NCBI GenBank assembly: GCA_951406725.2 | Contig: OX597830.1 | Span: 78,182,001-78,246,000, forward strand | Direction of reading: 5' to 3' | Length of the DNA: 64,000 bases | From: Octopus vulgaris | Taxonomy: Eukaryota | Part shown: piece after piece, positions 53,969 through 64,000 of the stretch | Numbering within the stretch: the first letter of the stretch is position 1 | Layout: each line of letters opens with the position of its first letter | Translations under genes and position numbers: made by a program | Notes under the pieces: generated by a model | Told to the model about the DNA's origin: nothing | Databases searched by the model: none | What the model saw: only the letters and a program-made list of their open reading frames with translations

Positions 53969-54975
53969 TGTTGATGATGATGATGATAATTTCTTTATTA
54001 AGCAAAAGGGTACACATCCGAAGCTTTCACGAGAAGTTATAAGAAAGGATAATGTGTGTTGAGAAAAGAATGGTTTTTTTAATAAGAACGGAAGGGTAAA
54101 AGCCGTTATAAAATGTATGGAAGGGCTTTAAAAGAAGTTATGCATACATGTAGACATATGTATGTGCTATGCATGCATGTCAACATATGTGTGCATAACA
54201 CAAATATTACAAGGAAATATGAAAGTGGTACAATAAACCACATACTAAAAGAAAATATAATTTAAAGATATAAAACAAGAAAGGTTTCCTAGCTATCATG
54301 AATTAGGCACTCCTTAGCCCATTTCTCAAACTGTGTTCGAGTGCAACCCAATGCACCAGTGAGACTTTCTTTGAGACATCTGATGTTCAAAATCACCAAC
54401 ATCTGGAGAGTATTTGTTTATAATGTCTTAATTTTAATTTTACTAGTAATTTATCTTTTGCATGCTATTTATAATCAGAAATTTAAAATATTTTTTGTCA
54501 TTAAAACAAGCCACAATTTTACCCACCAACTTTGATTTTCGAAGAATGACGAATAATGCTTTATCTTCGACCTCTTCTCCGTCTTCGCAATTTTTTTTAT
54601 GGAGAGATTTCATTGTTCTATAGAAGCAACTATTCCTTCTTTGTCTGTTTGCGATATTTTATCTTCAGATTTTTTCCCATTTTTTACTCCTTTTTGTATT
54701 TTCATCTGTAATAATTCTCTCTTCGAAACATGATGAAACCACGCTAATACAGATTTGCATTGTTAGAGGACAAGGTATGTTCTCGTTTATTTGTGTTACT
54801 GGGCCTAAAAAATATTTCTATCGCTATCTCCGGAGTTTTAACTAACAGTGCTTTGGAAATTGGGTTTCGTTTTTCTTTTCGCTGCTGTTGTTCTTCCTTA
54901 TTTTCGTTTTTCTTGTTTTGGCTTAATCTTCAGTTCCCTCAGACGTACTTATCTCCAACTAGGCTTTATAGTCTG

Positions 54976-55006
<31 letters not shown>

Positions 55007-55057
55007 GCAACAACAACAACAACAGCAGCAGCAACAGCAACAACAACAGCAACTGCA

Positions 55058-55125
<68 letters not shown>

Positions 55126-55147
55126 AATAATAATAATAATAATAATA

Positions 55148-55545
55148 ACGGTTTCAAATTTTGCCACAAGTGCAGCGATTTTGAATGAGGGGATGTGTCG
55201 ATTACATCGACTCCCACTGTCCAACTTTCGACCCGAAAGGATAAAAAGCAAAGTCGACCTCGGCAGGATTTGAATTCAGAACATAGCGAGAAACGAAATA
55301 CCTATTTCTTTGCTACCCACAAGGGGCTAAACACAAAGAGGACAAACAAGGACAAGACAAGAGGATTAAGTCGATTATATCGACCCCCCTCCCCCAGTGC
55401 GTAACTGGTACTTACTTAATCGACCCCGAAATGATGAAAGGCAAAGTCGACCTCGGCGGAATTTGAACGCAGAACGTAACGGCAGACGAAATAACACCTA
55501 AGTACTTTGCCCGGCGTGCTAATGATTCTGCCAGCTCACCGCCTT
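55148..55545 (-). mobile_element. Two adjacent or nested family B SINEs
   Basis: aaagtcgacctcggc..gatttgaa occurs twice (~55250 and ~55445). Full copy at 55303-55545. Confidence 0.85.
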
Positions 55546-55552
55546 AATTATG

Positions 55553-55610
<58 letters not shown>

Positions 55611-55620
55611 TAATAATAAC

Positions 55621-55673
<53 letters not shown>

Positions 55674-55698
55674 GAAGAAGAAGAAGAAGAAGAAGAAG

Positions 55699-55738
<40 letters not shown>

Positions 55739-56217
55739 GCAGCAGCAGCAGCAACAACAACAACAACAATTAATAATAACTAAGAATAAGCGAGTACAAA
55801 GATCTCGATTCAGTTGATAAATATACATGCTTATTCTAACAAAGAAAAAAAAACAACAAATTAGTATTCAGAATTTAATACTATAGTAATTACATTGTAA
55901 TGATCGTAATTAAAAGTTCAAATATAAGTAAACCGATGTCGGAGAGTTCAAAGAAATGGCGCCCAAATTTACACCTTACCAAAAGTTGCGCTTTTTAATG
56001 AATCTGTTCTCCGCTATTCATTACAGTTATTATAAAGATATAAATCATTGCAGCACGGCAGACATGTTTTATTGCTCTTGTTATTTGTAATTAATTCTTT
56101 AATTTTAGATTTATATATCCACTTTCTTTTAAGTGAAAAGATAGACACATATAGGCGTAAATATATGCGTATGTGTGTGCCTGTGCGTGCGTATTTATCT
56201 ATTTATATATATGTATA

Positions 56218-56465
56218 ATAATAAAGGGTAAAATTAATTAATCGATAATTAATAATTTTACCAAGTAGTTCGGTATGGTAAAAGAACCATTCTCGGTAAA
56301 CTTATACAAAAATTTTATAATTATGAGTATAATTATAATTAGGGTTCAGCAAAATTTGCTTCACCACATACCGAAGTTTAGAAATAGCAGTTAAAATACT
56401 ATTCAACTGCCATAAGATATCTTCCAGAGAGCAATGCTCTACAATGTTCATAATTATAAAGTTTT
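56218..56465 (-). mobile_element. pLTR-like repeat fragment (GAAATAGCAG family)
   Basis: Terminal hairpin ggtaaaatta...taattttacc at 56227-56262 and ccgaagtttagaaatagcag, matching 9100-9550. Flanked by TA-rich repeats. Confidence 0.6.
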
Positions 56466-56515
56466 TGTATATATATATATATATATATATGTAAATGTTT
56501 ATATATATATATTTG

Positions 56516-56572
<57 letters not shown>

Positions 56573-56595
56573 GTTTATATATATATATTTGTATG

Positions 56596-56689
<94 letters not shown>

Positions 56690-56731
56690 AGTATGTATGC
56701 ATGTATGTATGTATGTATGTATGTATGTATA

Positions 56732-57316
56732 CAGTAATATCTCACTTTACGAGGACTTGCTTTGTGTTGGCTCGCTTTACGAGCTCTCTGGTTTACGAGT
56801 TTGTTTTTTTTCAAGCTCAAGATCCAAATTTTGAACGAAATGTGAAAGTTTCTACTACCATCACAAATGCTTCTGCGTGTTGCCGTAAAATTCATAGAGA
56901 GCGGGGAAAAAAAAAAAGCTCCCTCTAAGCAAGCAACTTTAGACTTATTTTTGAAAAAGAAATCTACAAGTCCGTCTACGAGTGCTTGTGGATCGGTGAT
57001 CACATCTACAAGTTATGGTGTGCGCGAGTCTAGTGCCAGTGAAAGTGATTCAGAAAGGGATTATAATAATATTCTTTTCCTATTATAAATGATCTTGTCA
57101 TTCTTTTTACTTTACATAACATATTCTTTACTTTCTACTGTTATTTTATTGTCCTTTATTTATGAGTATTATAAACTTCATTAGTACGATATTTTTCTGA
57201 GAACGAATTACGATCTATAGCATCGCTACTATGGGAAATTATTGCTCTGCTTTACGAGTTTTCGCTTTGTGAGCAGTCTCTGGGAACGAATCAACTCGTA
57301 TATCGAAACATTACTG
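56732..57316 (+). mobile_element. pogo/Tigger-derived non-autonomous element
   Basis: TA-CAGTAAT...ATTACTG-TA termini. Interior encodes [10 protein letters not shown]...NASACCRKI and [11 protein letters not shown], similar to Tigger transposase C-termini. Confidence 0.8.
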
Positions 57317-58517
57317 TATATGAATTATATATGTATGTATGTGTATATATGTATGTATGTAGTCTGGCAGGACATACCCAACCTCGAAAACACCTAGCTA
57401 ACTTAGCTAACTTAAAGAAAATTTGAAAGGGTTGAAACCCCTATGATCGGTGTTTAGGCGTTATTAGTTTGTCCTTGTGTAGTTTTGGTATGCGAAGTGT
57501 GTGAGCTGTTTAGCCAAGACAAAGTCGCGCAAACAAGATAGAGAAATTGAGGTTTCGGGGGATTTCGGGGGCCAGATGATGTGTTTAGGCGTTGTTAGTT
57601 TGCCCTTCGTTGTTGGCAACCGAGGGCATAAGCTCTCTTACCACGACAAAGTCAGGCCAACAAGAGAGAGGGACTAGGGGTTTCGAGAGATTTCGTGGGG
57701 TCAGAGGATAATGGACATGAGGATGTGTTATGGGGATTGCGGGCCAGAAAGAATGCATTAATTTTGGGGAGAAGGAAAGGAAGAGACAGAAGGGTTTTGA
57801 GTGTGGATGGCGGAGGAAAAGGGATTCGAATGAGCAGGGTAAGGGGTGTGGCAGGGAGGTGGGAGCGATTGGATCAGGGTATTGCGTTGGATGATTAACG
57901 TAATTAGATGCTGTGTAGGGGGACGTGCTCACACGCTGGCATTCAGAGCCCCTTCGCCACAGTCGTCTTTTTGCCGATTTCACCTCATTTACAAGACTCA
58001 GACCATCCACACCCGTGCATACCTTTTATACTATTCATCTCTCTCTCTCTTTCTCTCACCTTCTCTCTCTCTCTCTCTCTTTCTCTCTCAACCTTGCCTA
58101 AGGTGATGTTAAGGATGAGGGATGAGGAAATGGAAATCGTGGGAGGGGGTGCAATGAGGAAGAGAGCCGCTATGGTACGGGCATAATGCTCAGGTCGCCC
58201 AGATTCCAAAGTCATTGTTCGGCGGGAAATTTTCGTTATATAAAAGTTCTTGGCAGTGAAAAGGTTGGAAATCCTTGCTCCATGTGATCACTAATAATAG
58301 CAACTATATTTTCCTCAATTATCTTCCTTATGGTGAGCATCCATTAAACATATATAATATATATTCGCATATATATATGTATAGGAATAGATAGGTAGAT
58401 ATCCATTCACACACACACACACACAAACATATGAATATGCATATACATATACATATATATTATATATATACGTACATATATATATATACAAGATACATAC
58501 ACATATATATACAAGGG

Positions 58518-58576
<59 letters not shown>

Positions 58577-58674
58577 TATGCATATACATACATTCACACA
58601 CATATGTGTGTATATACATATATTCATGAATGCACATATATATATATTCATAATTAAATATATATATATACAAG

Positions 58675-58720
<46 letters not shown>

Positions 58721-58905
58721 CAGACAGACATACACGCATACATACGTATATATATATATATATATATACCTCACTCAGTATATACATATATTCTGATGCA
58801 CATATATATATATATATTCATATTAAATATATATATATATATATATTTATTTTTGCAGACATACACGCATACATACGTATATATATATATATATATATAA
58901 CCTCA

Positions 58906-58945
<40 letters not shown>

Positions 58946-59145
58946 CAAACACAGACATGTATGTATATATGGTAATTACAACACACATATATAGTCACGC
59001 ACATGTTGCCAGTGGCTGCGAGCCTCATAACTCAGTTAAACTACAAAGACGCAGTCCATAACTTATTGTAAAATAGATAGAGATATATGAGCTGCTAATA
59101 GTTATCTATGTTTACAATCTGTGTAACCAGCTATTTGTCTGTCTG

Positions 59146-59230
<85 letters not shown>

Positions 59231-59284
59231 ATGTCAGTCTATCTGTCAATCTATCTATCTATTTATTTATCTGTCTCTCCTCTC

Positions 59285-59357
<73 letters not shown>

Positions 59358-59358
59358 G

Positions 59359-59389
<31 letters not shown>

Positions 59390-59466
59390 CATATACTGTT
59401 GTGTCTGGGGGAGTAATTTTCTTTTTGCGCCTTATAAATCCGAAAACGAAATATATATACATATAG

Positions 59467-59596
<130 letters not shown>

Positions 59597-59861
59597 ATAT
59601 ATATGAAGGAGAGAGTGATTGAGAAATAGATAGAAAACTATAAAATATTAATGAATATACATATTTATACATATGTGAATATGTATTGCTGTATAAGATG
59701 TATGAAATCACATATGTATGGGAATATATATATATGTATGTATTTCAATGTGTGTATAATAAAAAAAATATATATATATATATGTAAACGCACATGTACG
59801 TCTGTGTGTACGTGTATGGATATGCGTATCTGTGCGTTTTTGTGCATGTGTGGTACGTTTG

Positions 59862-59930
<69 letters not shown>

Positions 59931-60127
59931 CGTGCGAGTGTGTATTTGACAGAATCGCTGCTCCCGGGTAAAAACAGATTCACGCCGTGGTGTACTTTGC
60001 ATATCCCGGGTTATGCACCAGTTGACGTCCCGGCTTTTAAAATATTCATACATTTTAAATACATACTCATACAACACCCCCCCCACACACACACACACAA
60101 ACACTCATACACATGTATACATATATA

Positions 60128-60532
60128 CTCTTTTACTCTTTTACTTGTTTCAGTCATTTGACTGCGGCCATGCTGGAGCACCGCCTTTAATCGAGCAACT
60201 CGACCCCGGGACTTATTCTTTTCTAAGCCCAGTACTTATTCTATCGGTCTCTTTTGCCGAACCACTAAGTGACGGGGACATAAACACACCAGCATCGGTT
60301 GTCAAGCAATGCTAGGGGGACAAACACAGACACACAAACACACACACGCATATATATACATATATATACGACGGGCTTCTTTCAGTTTCCGTCTACCAAA
60401 TCCGCTCACAAGGTTTTGGTCTGCCCGAGGCTATAGTAGAAGACACTTGCCCAAGGTGCCACGCAGTGGGACTGAACCTGGAACCATGTGGTTGGTAAAC
60501 AAGCTACTTACCACACAGCCACTCTTGCGCCT
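60128..60532 (-). mobile_element. SINE family A, full length
   Basis: Reverse complement of 35149-35600 and 51214-51580. Confidence 0.9.
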
Positions 60533-61217
60533 ATATATATTTATATACACATATATACATATATGTATGTATGCTTTATATTCTATGTGGCCTAAACATA
60601 TTATGTGGACCATGCAACACCAATGTTCGAGTGTGTGGGCATGTGTGTCTCTGTGTGTTAGTGCGTGCGTGGTACATGTATAAGTATATATACATATATA
60701 TATTTTTATATTATATCATATACTATTATTATCATCATTATTGTAGTTGTTGTTGTTGTTATTAATATTGTTATTATGGTTATTATTTAAAACAGTTTGA
60801 CCCTGGGCCAAATCACACTGTTTTAAGTCATATTATATATGACTAAATATGTTCAGTGCCTTTTTCTTTAGTTTGTCCCTTCAAACACACACACACACAC
60901 ACACACACAGAGTCACACACACACGCACACACAGTCTCCCCCCCCAACACACACACACATATATATACAACGTATGGGGATTTAGATCACAGGTGATCTA
61001 AACGATTAGGTACGCTAGATAAGTGCTGTTATGGATTACTGGAGCTCCAAAGTTATAGCCGAGACGGTAGTTATGGAGCCATTGCAGATTTCCGATGCGG
61101 TGGATAAATATATATGTATGCAGATAAGATAATTATAGATATAGGGACTGTTTTACATATCAGTCTATCTACATTTACATCCGCTGTTTGTCTGTCTTTA
61201 TATCTCTCTCCCTCTGC

Positions 61218-61259
<42 letters not shown>

Positions 61260-61269
61260 ATATTATCTA

Positions 61270-61675
61270 TTATTTTTTACATATTTCAGTCATTACACTG
61301 CACCCATGCTGGTGCACCACCTCGAATTTTCAGTCGATTGAATCGGCTCCAGGACTTATTTTTTAAGCCTGGTAATTACTCTGGCGGCCTCTTTTGCCGA
61401 ACCGCTAGAGCTTTGGCGACACACGAATACCAACACCGGTTGTCAAATGGTGAGGGTGGGTTAGCACCGACACAAAAAAAACACGCACACATAGATATAG
61501 ATATTTACATATGTACGGGCTTCTTTTAATTTCCTTCTATCAAAATCATTCACAAGGTTTCGGTCGGCCCGAGGCTATAGGAGAAGATACTTACCCAAAG
61601 TGCCACGCAGTAGGACGGAACTCAGAACCAACTGGTTTAGAAGCACGCTTCTTACTACACAGCCACTCATGCGCA
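61270..61675 (-). mobile_element. SINE family A, diverged
   Basis: Colinear with 60128-60532. Confidence 0.8.
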
Positions 61676-61826
61676 TATATACATACATATATTCATACAT
61701 ACATCATACATACATACATACATACATACATACATACATACAAAGATGTGTGTGCGTGTGTGTGTGTATGTATGTTTGTATGTATGTATTCTGTAAATAA
61801 TAATGATAATGATATTTTTATAAGCT

Positions 61827-62012
61827 AAGGCAGCGAGCTGGCGAGGCGGGGAAATGCTTAGTGGTATTTCGTTTGTCTTTATTCACTGAGTTCAAATTCC
61901 GCCGAGGTCGACTTCGCCTATCATCATTTCGGGGTCCTTTGCGTACTGGAGTTGATCTAATCGATTGACCTCCTTCCAAAGAATTTAGGGCCTTGTGCCA
62001 AGAGTAGAAAGA
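61827..62012 (+). mobile_element. SINE family B
   Basis: aaggcagcgagctggc...gagttcaaattccgccgaggtcgac. Confidence 0.8.
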
Positions 62013-62074
62013 TTTTAAGCGATCGCCGTTTATTGACTAAAGAGAATAGTCTAATAACAAATCAGTTATCACAC

Positions 62075-62115
<41 letters not shown>

Positions 62116-62694
62116 CGCAAGTAAAAGTATATTACTTAATACACCACGGACATAGATTCAACAGTTAATTTATGCTGGCCGTGATTATTTACTGATCGAT
62201 AGACAAATGCCGTTTGATCGATCGATTATTTCAAAGTCATATATGTGTGTACGTGTGTGTACGTGTGTGTGCGCGGGGAGTGTATATTTGTCGGAAACCA
62301 GTAACATGCCATATTTTCCTCTGTATTTTCCTAATGTCATTTTGTTCACCTTTTCGGTGGGGCCTCTACCTGTAAAGAACTTTGATATCAAGATCATGGT
62401 TTGGAACACGGACCTGAGTTCCTATCTAGAGGTACTTCACTGACATATAATGAACCCCCCCTGATCTGCTAGTTTCCTCTAATCTTGATAGATTCATTTT
62501 TAGTATTTCTTCTCCTATGGTTAACTAAGCTTCGTCTCATTTATTTTCTTTATGCATTCACCATCCGACACTAATTTTATTTATTGCTCTTTCGTCATTG
62601 TCCAAATTATTATTATGTAATTATTTCTTTTCAACTGTTGTTTTTATTTCTGTTGTGTTTAATGCAATCAACAAATGTGAGCACAGTTCATTGC

Positions 62695-62773
<79 letters not shown>

Positions 62774-63110
62774 ACACGAAACATGCAGAATATAGCGATA
62801 CTAATAAGCAGTTACTGAAAGTAAATGAACATATGCTTTGGAGCAAACTTTAGGTCAACACAAGACGTAATATTAGTTAATGAATAGCAAGAAAACAGAA
62901 ACGCTGGAACCACCTGCATTAGCTTACATCTGTTTCTGCTATAAAAACGTGCACTCTAAGTTGAATGCTTGTGCAACATCTTATAGAGTCCTCAGAGCCC
63001 GATACATATATTTATACATATATATATACATACATCTTTTCGTATGTATGAAAGTCTATATACACACTCATATATGTGCGTATGTATATTAAATATATAT
63101 GTGTGTGTTT

Positions 63111-63332
63111 AGGCGGCGAGCTGGCAGAAACGTTAGCGCTCCGGGCGAAATGCGTAGCTGTATTTCGTCTGCCATTACGCTCTGGGTTCAAATTCCGCCG
63201 AGGTCTACTTTGCCTTTCATCCTTTCGGGGTCGATAAATTAAGTACCAGTTACACACTGGGGTCGATGTAATCGGCTCAACCCGTTTGTCTGTACTCTCT
63301 GTGTTTAGCCCCTTGTGGGTAGTAAAGAAATA
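63111..63332 (+). mobile_element. CORE-type SINE family B
   Basis: Colinear with 20287-20518. Confidence 0.88.
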
Positions 63333-63667
63333 TATATATGTGTGTTTTGCGTATTATCGTCTATTATCTTACCTGAGAAAATTAAAATTCCTCACTATTT
63401 ACAAAATATGAAACTATATATATTAAGAAAACATAAACAGTTTTACTATATGCATTATCTGCTTTCTCTCCACCTAAATACAATATTTGAGAAGTTTTAG
63501 TTAACGAAGAACTCAACAGAAAAAAAAAAATTTATAAAACGAATATTTAGATATGTTCCGTTATAGTTTCAAACTACCAAAATAATATAACTCTCACATA
63601 ACATTTTTGAACGCTTCTATTATGTCTTTTCATTTAGTGTGCGTCATTCTTTTCTACTTCAAACTAG

Positions 63668-63734
<67 letters not shown>

Positions 63735-63759
63735 GTAGTAGTAGTAGTAGTAGTAGATT

Positions 63760-64000
63760 TAGTGCGACATGAGATAGAGAATAGGAATCAGTGTTAATTG
63801 AGAAAGAAAGCAAACGCTGCTGGATCATAGATATAGCATGCCCGACTGACAGCAAGATATGCGGTAAGGAAGAAAGAATAGTCGATAGATATGACAGGTT
63901 AGCTTGGGAGGTTAAGCAGTTGTGGTCGATGAAAAAGGTGGTAGCAGTACCAATAATTGTCGGAGCCCTAGGGAACGGTGAGTAAAGATCTTGAGAAGTA
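63760..64000 (+). mobile_element. R4/Dong-type restriction-like endonuclease fragment
   Basis: VLIEKESKRCWIIDIACPTD...DRYDRLAWEVKQLW...VPIIVGALG. Abuts (TAA)n(TAG)n and runs to the window edge. Confidence 0.85.

Overview
AT-rich, microsatellite-dense eukaryotic non-genic (intergenic or intronic) DNA. It is most likely from an octopus, inferred from the SINE families and repeat load and not confirmed by any search. No host protein-coding gene can be supported, and most ORFs in the track are translations of simple repeats. Identifiable content: one tRNA-Ile(AAT) gene; a decayed Penelope-like element (PLE) RT region missed as a unit by the ORF track; R4/Dong-type RT and restriction-like endonuclease fragments; an I-group LINE 3' end; Tc1, mariner, pogo and hAT remnants; two long-arm foldback elements; more than 25 tRNA-derived SINE copies; and an ~11.8 kb GGAT-derived satellite with higher-order structure. 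The most notable signal is a set of type I hammerhead ribozyme motifs with tiny palindromic stem III. They sit in at least two short repeat families embedded in (TA)n, often as inverted pairs, and one lies on the same strand just downstream of the PLE RT. Coordinates of decayed repeats are approximate.
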